A DNA stretch of 64,000 nucleotides. It comes from an uncultured Actinomycetota bacterium (GTDB lineage Bacteria; Actinomycetota; Actinomycetes; Actinomycetales; Microbacteriaceae). This document shows positions 11,145 to 20,929 of this stretch, piece after piece. The position numbers and the translations under genes are program-made. The notes beneath the pieces are model-generated. The model ran no database searches, had not been told where the DNA came from, and saw only the letters and a program-made list of their open reading frames with translations. Every line of letters begins with the position of its first letter. Positions within the stretch are counted from its first letter, which is position 1. Location of the stretch: NCBI GenBank assembly GCA_963750955.1, contig CAVVSI010000006.1:8548-72547 (forward strand), in the 5' to 3' direction.

Positions 11145-12224
11145 CTACAGGCGCGGTCGTGGGAACACGAGGCCGTCGAAGATCTTGCGGGCGGTGCGAA
11201 TGGAGGTCGACGTCGCGCGCCAGATCCCGTCATCGCCGCGGCCGACGCTCACCCGCGAGGGGAAGGCGCCGCTGGGGTGCTCGATGTCGACCGGCCCGTC
11301 GCCGGACGGGTTGGCCAGGTCGGCGCCGACCGTTCCGGGGATGCAGACGCCCGCGGCGACCGATGCCGCCATGAGCACGCCGATCGAGGTGTGCACCCGG
11401 TGCGGGATGAAGGCGCGGGTGGAGATCACGCCCCCGTTCTTCGGAGCCGAGAGGAGGAACATCTTGGGGACGGTCGCGTCGGTCACGTCGCCGAGTCCCA
11501 TCAGCGGGCCGGCCAGGAGACGCACGCGTTCGACCGCGGTCTTCAGCTCGGCGTTCTGCTCCAGCTCGGCGGGGGTCTCGTCGCCGCGGACGCCGAACTC
11601 GTCGGCGCGCAGCAGCACAACCGGCATCCCGTTGTCGACGAGGGTGACGCGATGCCCGTCGAGCCGGTCGGCGACCGCACCGGTGGGCAGGAGGCGCGCG
11701 TCTGCCGCAGCGCCCATCTCGATCTCTATCGCCGCGGCGGTTCCCGGCACCCCGTCGATCGCGGCGGCCCCGTCGTAGTCGACGCGACCCCCCGGCGTGG
11801 CGAAGGTCTGCGTCGCGAGGGCGCCGGTGTTGCGCAGGCGGATGCGCACCGTGGTGGTGTCGCCGTGCGGCACGGTCAGTCCGCGCTCGACGGCGAACGG
11901 CCCGATGCCCGCGAGCAGGTTGCCGCAGGTCTGCGCATCGCTCACCGACGGCTGATCGACCACGACCTGAAGGAAGAGGTAATCGAGGTCTACGCCCGGC
12001 TCGCTCGATCGCGAGACGATCGCGACCTTGCTGGTCAGCGGGTGGGCGCCGCCCAGACCGTCGATCTGCGCCGGGTCGGGGCTGCCCATCACCCGCAGCA
12101 GGAGGTCGTCGCGCTCCGCCGGATCGGCGGGCACGTCTTCGGCGAGGAAGTAGGCGCCCTTCGACGTGCCTCCGCGCATGAGCATGCAGCGGATGCCGTG
12201 GCGCACAGGATCAGCGACGAGCAT
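11145..12224 (-). CDS. galD: PrpF-family isomerase, probable 4-oxalomesaconate tautomerase (GalD/LigU type)
   Basis: 359 aa. CMLMRGGTSKGAYF ... TCGNLLAGIGPFA is typical of the PrpF/AcnD-accessory fold. Lies between the dioxygenase and the aldolase. Confidence 0.7.
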   Translation of the reverse strand: MLVADPVRHGIRCMLMRGGTSKGAYFLAEDVPADPAERDDLLLRVMGSPDPAQIDGLGGAHPLTSKVAIVSRSSEPGVDLDYLFLQVVVDQPSVSDAQTCGNLLAGIGPFAVERGLTVPHGDTTTVRIRLRNTGALATQTFATPGGRVDYDGAAAIDGVPGTAAAIEIEMGAAADARLLPTGAVADRLDGHRVTLVDNGMPVVLLRADEFGVRGDETPAELEQNAELKTAVERVRLLAGPLMGLGDVTDATVPKMFLLSAPKNGGVISTRAFIPHRVHTSIGVLMAASVAAGVCIPGTVGADLANPSGDGPVDIEHPSGAFPSRVSVGRGDDGIWRATSTSIRTARKIFDGLVFPRPRL

Positions 12225-12924
12225 CCTCGTATTCCTCCTGCGACATGTAGGTCACGCCGAGGTCGGCCAGCACGGGCCGGAGGTTGTTGCGCTCGAGGCT
12301 GAGCCCCCCGGCCTGGTAGACGGCGCGCGATGCGGCCTCCTTCTCGAGGCGTGCGTCGGACGCGGCGAGAGCGTCGGCCGCTTCGTCGCGGGGGACGCAG
12401 AGCACGCCGTCGTCGTCGGCCACGATGACGTCACCCGGACGCACGGTGACGCCGCCCACCGTGATCGGGACGTTGACGCTGCCGGGTGTCGCCTTCACAG
12501 TGCCCTGCGCGTTGACGGCGGCCGACCAGACGGGGAAGCCCATGGCGCGCAGGTCGGCGACATCGCGTACGCCGCCCGTGGTCACCAGCCCGCGCACGCC
12601 GCGATGCCGGAGCGCCGTCGCGAAGAGCTCGCCGAACGAGCCGTCCAGCGACGGGGTCATCGTGGTGACCACGAGCACGTCGCCCGCCCGGCACTGCTCG
12701 ACGGCGGCGTGGATCATGAGGTTGTCGCCGGCCGCGCACAGCACCGTGACGGCCGAGCCCGCGATCCGGACGCCGTCCTGGATCGGTCGCAGCGAAGGGC
12801 CGACCAGCCCCCGGCGACCCATCGCCTCGTGGACTGTGGCGACGCCGTGCACGCCGAGCGCGTCGATCGTCGCGGCATCCGTACGCAGGATGTCGGTGAC
12901 GACGACGGTGTCGGTTCTGCTCAC
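12211..12924 (-). CDS. galC: RraA-fold 4-carboxy-4-hydroxy-2-oxoadipate aldolase / oxaloacetate decarboxylase (GalC/LigK type)
   Basis: GTG 12924 overlaps the upstream stop (GTGA). ...VHEAMGRRG...GELFATALRHRGVRGLVTTGGVRDV... is RraA-like. Confidence 0.75.
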   Translation of the reverse strand: MSRTDTVVVTDILRTDAATIDALGVHGVATVHEAMGRRGLVGPSLRPIQDGVRIAGSAVTVLCAAGDNLMIHAAVEQCRAGDVLVVTTMTPSLDGSFGELFATALRHRGVRGLVTTGGVRDVADLRAMGFPVWSAAVNAQGTVKATPGSVNVPITVGGVTVRPGDVIVADDDGVLCVPRDEAADALAASDARLEKEAASRAVYQAGGLSLERNNLRPVLADLGVTYMSQEEYEDARR

Positions 12925-13676
12925 GCCAGGACGTCCGTGACCTGGGGGTAGTACCGCATGTACGCCTCGCCCATGGTGTCGACCGGCAGGCCGAGGTTCG
13001 GCCCGGCGTTGCGCTTGACCTGCACACCCCGCCGCACGGCGAGGGAGGTGTAGTACTCCCACATGTGCTTCTGGGCCGGCAGGCACTCCATGGCCTTCTG
13101 CTTGAGCGGGAAGGACGCCGTGATGTCCAGCAGCACGTTCGGCTTGAAGTCGGACTGCTCGGGCTGGTGCGGCTCGAAGAAGAACACGGGGGGAGCGCCG
13201 ATGATCTCGTCCGTGGTCGGCGCGGTGCCGTCGGAGTTCGCGACGCCGATCGCCTGTGCGAGGACGCGGGCCTGCAGCGCCATGCGTGCGGCGGCGGGGT
13301 GGTCGCCGTTGTAGGGGTCGGCGAGCGGATGGGTCAGCACGACCGTCGGCTGCACCCGGCGGAACACGTCGACGAGCCGCGCCACCGTCTCGACCGACTC
13401 GACGAGAGGGTAATCGCCGGCGTCGAGGAACTCGATCTCGGCGCCGAGGGCGGATGCGGCGGCCGCGGCCTCATCGCGACGGATCTGCTTGATCTCGTCG
13501 AGAGACTTGCCCTGCAGCCACTGGCTGGCCGACTCGCCGCGCTCGCCGTACGACAGGCACACGACCGTCGCCCGCTCGCCGCGCATCGTCGCCGCGGCGA
13601 TCGCCCCGCCGGCACGCCACACGAAATCACCCGCGTGGGCGCTGACGACCAGCAGCGAAGGCGATGTCTCTGCCAA
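12921..13676 (-). CDS. galB: LmbE/PIG-L-family zinc hydrolase-fold protein, probable 4-oxalomesaconate hydratase (GalB type)
   Basis: TTG 13676 is preceded by GGAGACAGGAG. LLVVSAHAGDFVWRAGG and HPLADPYNGDH match the PIG-L motifs. First gene of the minus-strand operon. Confidence 0.7.
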   Translation of the reverse strand: MAETSPSLLVVSAHAGDFVWRAGGAIAAATMRGERATVVCLSYGERGESASQWLQGKSLDEIKQIRRDEAAAAASALGAEIEFLDAGDYPLVESVETVARLVDVFRRVQPTVVLTHPLADPYNGDHPAAARMALQARVLAQAIGVANSDGTAPTTDEIIGAPPVFFFEPHQPEQSDFKPNVLLDITASFPLKQKAMECLPAQKHMWEYYTSLAVRRGVQVKRNAGPNLGLPVDTMGEAYMRYYPQVTDVLA

Positions 13677-13755
13677 GGGGGACTCCTGTCTCCACGGATG
13701 CCCGCCGCAAGCGGGGCCGAGGCGCGCGGCTCTGCTTCGAGCGCACGGTGTCTCG

Positions 13756-13821
13756 TGGTGACAGCGAACCACACCCCTAGCGCAATGGTCAAGATTTTGG
13801 TTACAATTCTGGTGACCCTGA
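13756..13821. promoter_or_regulatory. direct-repeat array in the divergent promoter region
   Basis: Phased 12-bp units TGGTCAAGATTT / TGGTTACAATTC / TGGTGACCCTGA at 13786-13821, plus TGGTGAC at 13756-13762, in a locally AT-rich stretch. Confidence 0.4.
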
Positions 13822-15306
<1,485 letters not shown>

Positions 15307-15313
15307 CGCGGAC

Positions 15314-15343
15314 GAGGGACGGATGCTGCGGCATCCGTCCCTC
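15314..15343. terminator. bidirectional hairpin between convergent genes
   Basis: GAGGGACGGATGC-tgcg-GCATCCGTCCCTC: a perfect 13-bp stem with a 4-nt loop. Confidence 0.6.
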
Positions 15344-15357
15344 TCGCGTTGTGCGCG

Positions 15358-16557
15358 TCAGCCGCGGGTGACCCGCACCGGCATGCTCTCCCAGCCGACG
15401 AGCGTGTTGTTGAGGTGCCGGCGCTCGGGACCCGCGGGCTCGATCTCGACGATGCGGTCGAGCAGGGCATCGAGTACGCAGACCGCCTCGAGTCGGGCGA
15501 TGTGCTGCCCCACGCACTGGTGGATGCCCATGCCGAACGCAACATGACCCGAGGGGTCGCGATCGAGGTCGAACACGTCGGGGTCGTCCCACCGCCGCGG
15601 GTCGCGGTTGGCCGAGCCGAGGAACATCAGGATCTTCTCGCCGTCGCGGATGTCGACGCCGCCGACCTGCAGGTCTCGCGTGGCGGTCCGGAAGAACGTC
15701 TGCACCGGCGAGGTCAGCCGCACCGCCTCTTCGAAGGCGGTGCGCGTGAGGTGACGATCGCGCCGGAGGCGCGCGACCGAGCCGGGCGTGTGGGCGATGG
15801 CGTGCACGATCGCCGCGATGCCGGTGACGGTCGTGTCGACTCCCGCCGTGAGGAGCGAGCGCACGATCATCGGCGCCTGCTCGGCCGTGATCTCGGCGCG
15901 GTCGGCGGCCGCCCAGATCTGAGCGCCGAAGCCGTCGTCGGTGAGGTTCTCGCGGCGGCACTGCGTGCCGATCCACTCGGTGACCGGGGGCATGTGCGGG
16001 GCGGCGCTGGTGACGAGTTCGTTCGGAGGTCCGAACGCATTGAAGGCGAAGTCGCCGTACGGCAGCAGGTTCTCGCGGCCCTCCCTGCCGATGCCGACCG
16101 CATCCGGGAAGACGCGCAACGGGAACACTTCGGCCAGATCGGCGACGGCATCGAACTGGTCGCCGCGGGCGAGCAGCTCGTCCACGACGGTCGCGGCATC
16201 CGCCCGCCAGCGCTCCTCGAGCTCCCGCAGGCGCCGCGTGGTCAGGAGCGGCGCCACCACCGCGCGGGGGGCGTCGTGCCGCGGCGGGTCGGCCTCGAGC
16301 AGCACGCTCGGCGGACGCCACGGCTTCTCGTGGCGGAAGTTCGAGAGCCCGACGCCCGCCGCCGACTGGAACGTCTGCCAGTCCACGAGCGCCGCGTGGA
16401 CCTCGTCGTATCGCGCCATCGCGTAGACCCCGTACTTGTCCAGCCGCACGACCGGCCCGGCATCCCGCAGCATCGCGTGGAACGGATGCGGATCGTTCAG
16501 GAACTCCAGGTCGAACGGATCGATGGATGCCGCATCCGTCGCTGTCGTGGTGGTCAT
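15358..16557 (-). CDS. cytochrome P450 monooxygenase (probable aromatic O-demethylase)
   Basis: 399 aa. Heme-thiolate loop FGMGIHQCVGQ. I-helix-like LLTAGVDTT. EEAVR (ExxR). Confidence 0.85.
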   Translation of the reverse strand: MTTTTATDAASIDPFDLEFLNDPHPFHAMLRDAGPVVRLDKYGVYAMARYDEVHAALVDWQTFQSAAGVGLSNFRHEKPWRPPSVLLEADPPRHDAPRAVVAPLLTTRRLRELEERWRADAATVVDELLARGDQFDAVADLAEVFPLRVFPDAVGIGREGRENLLPYGDFAFNAFGPPNELVTSAAPHMPPVTEWIGTQCRRENLTDDGFGAQIWAAADRAEITAEQAPMIVRSLLTAGVDTTVTGIAAIVHAIAHTPGSVARLRRDRHLTRTAFEEAVRLTSPVQTFFRTATRDLQVGGVDIRDGEKILMFLGSANRDPRRWDDPDVFDLDRDPSGHVAFGMGIHQCVGQHIARLEAVCVLDALLDRIVEIEPAGPERRHLNNTLVGWESMPVRVTRG

Positions 16558-16579
16558 GGGGTTCCTTCGGGCTCGGGGA

Positions 16580-17564
16580 TCACAGATCGAGGACCAGCCG
16601 GTCGGAGAGCGACCGGGAGATGCAGGGGAAGAGGCAGCGGGATTCCGCCCGTTCGGCCTCCGTCAGCAGCGAGTCGCGATGGTCCGGCAGGCCACGAAGC
16701 ACGCCGGTCTCGCACGTTCCGCACACGCCCTGGGCGCACGAGGTGATGACGTCGACGTCGACCCGGCGCAGCGCCTCGACGATCGATTCGTCTCGCGCCA
16801 CCGTGACGATCGCGCCGGAGCTCGCGACCTCCACCTCGAACGCCGTGGCCGGACGACCGTCGTCGGCGCGCGCGGTGAAGCGCTCCAGACGCACTCGGTG
16901 CCGGCCGAGCGGAGCAGGCCCATGCGTCGACCGCGTTCAGCATGCGCTCCGGGCCGCACGCGTAGATCAGGGGCGCTGAGTCCGCCGCCGGCATCCAGTC
17001 GTCGAGCACGGCGCGGCCTCGCTCGTCGGCGGTGTGGATCGTGACGCGGTCGCCGTACGCGGCGAGCTCCTCCCGGTAGGCGAGGCGTTCGCGTGATCGG
17101 CCGAGGTAGAGCAGGTGCCAGGGGGTCTCGAGCATCTCGGCCTGCCGGATCATCGGGATCAGCGGCGTGATGCCGATGCCTCCCGCGACGAAGAGGTATT
17201 CCGCCCCGGGGGAGAGGCGGAAGTTGTTGCGCGGTCCGCCGAAGCCGACGGCATCCCCGATCCCGACCCGCGTGTGCAGATACTCCGACCCCCCGCGGCC
17301 GTCGCGCTCGCGCAGCACCGCGATCGTGAAGCTGTGCGCGTCCCAGCGGTCGCCGAGCAGGCTGTACTGCCGGGTGGTGCCGTCCGGCAGCACGACATCG
17401 ACGTGCGCGCCCGGTGCCCAGTCGGGCAGCCGCTCGCCGTTCGGGCGGGCGAGCGTGAGCTCCACGACGTCGCGCGCGACCTCGCGTCGGCCGGTGACGA
17501 CCAGCGTCGCGCCGTGCGCGGCATTGCGGCGAGCGGATGCCGCGACCGCAGTGGCCTGGCTCAT
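16580..17564 (-). pseudogene. PDR/VanB-type reductase (flavin-NAD domain plus C-terminal 2Fe-2S ferredoxin), broken by a 1-nt frame shift
   Basis: RQYSL and GGIGITP lie in frame 17564->. The ferredoxin domain (LERFTA...SCAQGVCGTCE...CLFPC) continues in ORF 16580..16894. The frames join if one C of CCC 16919-16921 is removed (..AVDAWPAPLGRHRVRLERF..). Confidence 0.75.
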
Positions 17565-17644
17565 TGCGGCCTCCTCGCCCCGAGCCGCATCGGTGCGGCT
17601 TTCGAGAGGGACGCTACGCGGCGGCGGGGCGCGCCTGAAGCAGG

Positions 17645-17661
17645 TTTCCGTTCAACGGAAA
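17645..17661. promoter_or_regulatory. perfect 17-bp palindrome TTTCCGTT-C-AACGGAAA upstream of the reductase-P450 operon
   Basis: Lies 81 bp upstream of start codon 17564. Related copies at 23969 and 42176. Confidence 0.55.
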
Positions 17662-17664
17662 GAC

Positions 17665-18621
17665 TCAGGAGGCAGGAGTGCGTCGCGCGTTCCCGTGGAT
17701 CGCGAAGAACTCGCCCTGCGTGCCCCGCACCGCTCGGACGACGGTGTCGTACAGCCAGTCCAGCGCGCCGAGCTGCTGCGTCGTGGTGCGGCGGTAGAGG
17801 CACACCTCTACCGGCTGCATGTCGAGGGGCAGCGGTGCGACCACGAGCGGCCAGCTCTGGGCCCAGCCGCTGCCGATCGTGTCGGGAACGGTCGCGATGA
17901 GGTCGGGGCTGGCAGCCAGCAGGGCGGGCAGAGACGCGAAATGGTTGAGCACGACGTCCGACCGCAGCACCGCCCCCGTGCGGCGCAGCGCCGCCTCCAG
18001 CCGCGGAAGCCCGGAGTCGCCGGCCACCACCACCTGGTCGGCTGCGATGTAGTCCTCTCGAGTGAGATCGCCACCCGCGAGAGGATGGTCGCGGGACATG
18101 AGGACGCCGTACGCCTGGGACTTGAGCACGACGTGCGCGAAGCCGCCGGCGACCGGCGACGATGTGACCGCGAGATCGATCGCACCCTGCGCGAGCCAGT
18201 CCGGCAGCTGCTGCACATCCAGCGGCACGGCCTCCAGCCGCACGTGCGGCGCTGCCGCACGGACGGCGCGGTGGATCGCCGGAAAGTAGCCGATCTCGCC
18301 GAGCTCCGAGAGTGCGATGCGCGAACGACGCGTGGACGATGCCGGGTCGAAGCCCACGACACCGTCGATCGTCCGGTCGATTCCGGCGATCCCCTCACGC
18401 AGCCCCGGGAACAGGCCGACGGCGAGCGGCGTGGGTTCCATGACACGGCCCACCCGCCGGAAGAGCGGGTCGTTCAGGTCTCGGCGCAGGCGTCCGAGCG
18501 CCTGACTCACGGCCGGTTGCGTCACGTACAGACGAGCGGCTGCCGCAGTGATGCTGCGGGTCTCGTAGATCGCCACGAAGGAGCGGATGAGGTTGAGGTC
18601 CACGAGAGCCGGCTTAGGCAT
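17665..18621 (-). CDS. LysR-family transcriptional regulator
   Basis: 318 aa. N-terminal wHTH LIRSFVAIYETRSITAAAARLYVTQPAVSQAL. Confidence 0.9.
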   Translation of the reverse strand: MPKPALVDLNLIRSFVAIYETRSITAAAARLYVTQPAVSQALGRLRRDLNDPLFRRVGRVMEPTPLAVGLFPGLREGIAGIDRTIDGVVGFDPASSTRRSRIALSELGEIGYFPAIHRAVRAAAPHVRLEAVPLDVQQLPDWLAQGAIDLAVTSSPVAGGFAHVVLKSQAYGVLMSRDHPLAGGDLTREDYIAADQVVVAGDSGLPRLEAALRRTGAVLRSDVVLNHFASLPALLAASPDLIATVPDTIGSGWAQSWPLVVAPLPLDMQPVEVCLYRRTTTQQLGALDWLYDTVVRAVRGTQGEFFAIHGNARRTPAS

Positions 18622-18633
18622 CCTTTCCGACTC

Positions 18634-18669
18634 ATAAGCACTGCTTATCGAGGATCGTAGACCCGATAA
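18634..18669. promoter_or_regulatory. LysR-type T-N11-A box plus a second inverted repeat
   Basis: ATAAGCA-C-TGCTTAT is a perfect 15-bp palindrome at 18634-18648. TTATCG (18645-18650) pairs with CGATAA (18664-18669). Located between the lysR gene and the divergent demethylase gene. Confidence 0.6.
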
Positions 18670-18713
18670 CCGCAGGTACCTAGCATGGAAGCACCCGGAA
18701 CGAAGGAGTTCTC

Positions 18714-20067
18714 ATGCCCGAGTCGCTCGCGCAGGCCATCGCCCGCGCCGGAAGCCCTGTCCGTCTCCTGCGCGACGCGCAGGCACGGCCGACCGTGTTC
18801 CCGGTGACGCCGGAGTTCAGCAACTGGCGCTCGGAGCAGCAGGCCTGGCGCAGGTCGGTCGCCCTGCTGGACCAGTCCCATCACATGACCGATCTGTTCA
18901 TCACCGGACCCGACGCGCTCCGTCTGCTGAGCGACGTCGGTGTCAACAGCTTCGCGAACTTCCGCGTCGACCAGGCGAAGCAGTTCATCGCCGTCAATCA
19001 CGAGGGATACCTGATCGGCGATGCGATCCTGTTCCACCTCGCCGAGCAGTCGTTCGACCTCGTCGGATGGCACATGGTGCTCGACTGGGTGCAGTACCAC
19101 GGCGAGACGGGCGACTACGACGTGTCGTTCGAGCGGGACGCCAGCTCGGTCGTCCGCCAGGGCGACCCGAAGCTGTACCGCTATGAGATCCAGGGACCCG
19201 AACGCGCTCGCTCTCATGGAGAAGGCGACCGGCGCGGAGGTGCCGCCCACGAAGTTCTTCGGCATGACCTCGTTCACGATCGACGGCCTGGCGGTGCGCT
19301 CGCTGCGCCACGGGATGGCCGGGCAGCCCGGTTTCGAGCTGTTCGGGCCGTGGGCGGAGGGCGAGCGGGTCCGCTCCGCACTCATCGCCGCCGGCGAGGG
19401 ACTCGACCTCGTGCTCGTCGGCTCGAAGGCTTACTCGTCGGCCAACCTGGAATCGGCATGGGTGCCTTCGCCGCTGCCGGCCATCTTCAGCGGCGAGGGC
19501 ACCGACGCCTACCGCGAGTGGCTGCCCGCCGCGCGGGCGGGGTCGCTCGCCGGCAGCGTCACGTCGGATGACATCGAGGACTTCTACCTGACCCCGTTCG
19601 ACCTCGGCTACGGCCGCAGCGTCGCGTTCGACCACGACTTCATCGGCCGTGCGGCGCTCGAGCGCCACGCCGCGGCGCAGAACCGGCAGAAGGTGACGCT
19701 CGTGTGGGACCCCGAGGACGTCGCCGCCGCGATGCGGTCGCTCTTCGAGCCCGGCATCCCGGCGAAGTACATCGATCTGCCGAAGGCGCGCTACGGGCAG
19801 CACCAGGTCGACCGGGTGCTGGCCGACGGCCGCGACGTCGGCATCTCGCACGACGCCGGCTACATCACCAACGAGCACGCGTTCGTCTCCCTCGCGAGCA
19901 TCGACAACGCGTACGCCGAGCCCGGGACGGAGGTCGAGGTCATCTGGGGCGAGGAGCCCAACTCGCACAAGCCCGCGGTCGAGAAGCACCGGCAGGTCTC
20001 CATCCGCGCCACCGTGCAGCCCGCGCCGTACTCGGCCTTCGCCCGGGAGAACTATCGCAAGAGCTGA
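18714..20067 (+). pseudogene. second LigM/DesA-family THF-dependent O-demethylase, 1-nt frame shift
   Basis: ORF 18714..19571 carries residues up to ...YRYEIQGP. The rest (NALALMEKATG...RHGMAGQPGFELFGP...) is in ORF 19021..20067. They join if one C of CCC 19197-19199 is removed. Confidence 0.8.
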
Positions 20068-20076
20068 GCGTCCCAG

Positions 20077-20149
20077 CCGCGAGACAGCATGGGCGCCGCG
20101 AGACAGAGTGCGTCTGCACCGGTCTCGTGGCGACTGTCCGGTCTCGCGG
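20077..20149. repeat. 73-bp nested-hairpin intergenic repeat, copy A
   Basis: CCGCGAGACAG-N8-CCGCGAGACAG-N15-GTCTCGTGG-N10-GTCTCGCGG. Same segment lengths as the copies at 57321 and 59579. Confidence 0.8.
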
Positions 20150-20169
20150 TCTGCGCGTGCGCGGGGCCG

Positions 20170-20832
20170 TCAGGCGAGCTGACGCAGGGCGCCGATCACG
20201 CTGAGCAGGTGGTCGCGCACGGCCCGTTCCGCGGCGTCCGGATCGCGGGCGACGATCGCGTCGATGATCGCCGCGTGCTCGAGCACCGACACCTTCGCGC
20301 GCTGCGGCTTCGACGAGAGCTTGAACTGGTGCCGAACGCTCTGCGCGTGCAGCCTGCCCAGCACCTCTGAGGCGGTCGCGTGGCGGCTCAGCACCCGCAC
20401 GCGCTGGTCGAGCAGCTGGTTGAGGCGCGAGTACTCCACCAGGTCGCCCTCGCCGACGGCGTCGGTCATGTCCTGCCGCAGAGCCTCGAACTCCGCGATC
20501 TCGTGGTCGGTGATGGATGCCGCCGTCTTGGCCGCGCAGAGACCTTCCACGCCGATGCGCACCTCCAGGATCTCGATCGCCTCTTCCACCGAGATCGCCC
20601 GCACCCGGGAGCCCTTGTTGGGCAGGCGCTCGACGAGTCCCTCGTTCGCGAGTTCCAGCAGAGCGGTGCGCACCGTGGCGCGGCTCGCGGCGAAGGTGTC
20701 GCTGAGGTCAGCCTCGATGAGGCGCTGATTCGGCGCGTACTCGCCGCGGACGATCGCGCTGCGGATCACGTCGGTCACGCGCTCTTCGGATGCATCGGCG
20801 CCCGTGCCGGCCTCTTCGACGATCGTCGACAT
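20170..20832 (-). CDS. GntR-family regulator (FadR/FCD subfamily)
   Basis: ATG 20832 with RBS GAAGGAG. wHTH ...LIEADLSDTFAASRATVRTALLELANEGLV... followed by a helical FCD-like C-terminal domain. Confidence 0.85.
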   Translation of the reverse strand: MSTIVEEAGTGADASEERVTDVIRSAIVRGEYAPNQRLIEADLSDTFAASRATVRTALLELANEGLVERLPNKGSRVRAISVEEAIEILEVRIGVEGLCAAKTAASITDHEIAEFEALRQDMTDAVGEGDLVEYSRLNQLLDQRVRVLSRHATASEVLGRLHAQSVRHQFKLSSKPQRAKVSVLEHAAIIDAIVARDPDAAERAVRDHLLSVIGALRQLA

Positions 20833-20882
20833 CGAGTCTCCTTCGGTTCCGCTGAGGGCATCCGCCTCAAAGCTCCAACCAC

Positions 20883-20896
20883 TATTGTCAACAATA
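20883..20896. promoter_or_regulatory. GntR-type operator TATTGT-CA-ACAATA
   Basis: Perfect 14-bp palindrome in the AT-rich divergent region between the gntR gene and the oxidoreductase gene. Confidence 0.55.
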
Positions 20897-20929
20897 TAGA
20901 GGTGAATGCCTCGGCGAAGGGAGGTCGGC

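Noticed and set aside
16900-16930. Programmed ribosomal frameshifting as an explanation for the split genes (here and at the other break points).
   Set aside because: There are no slippery heptamers (X XXY YYZ) or conserved downstream structures at the sites. The breaks occur in unrelated enzyme families and in both +1 and -1 senses.
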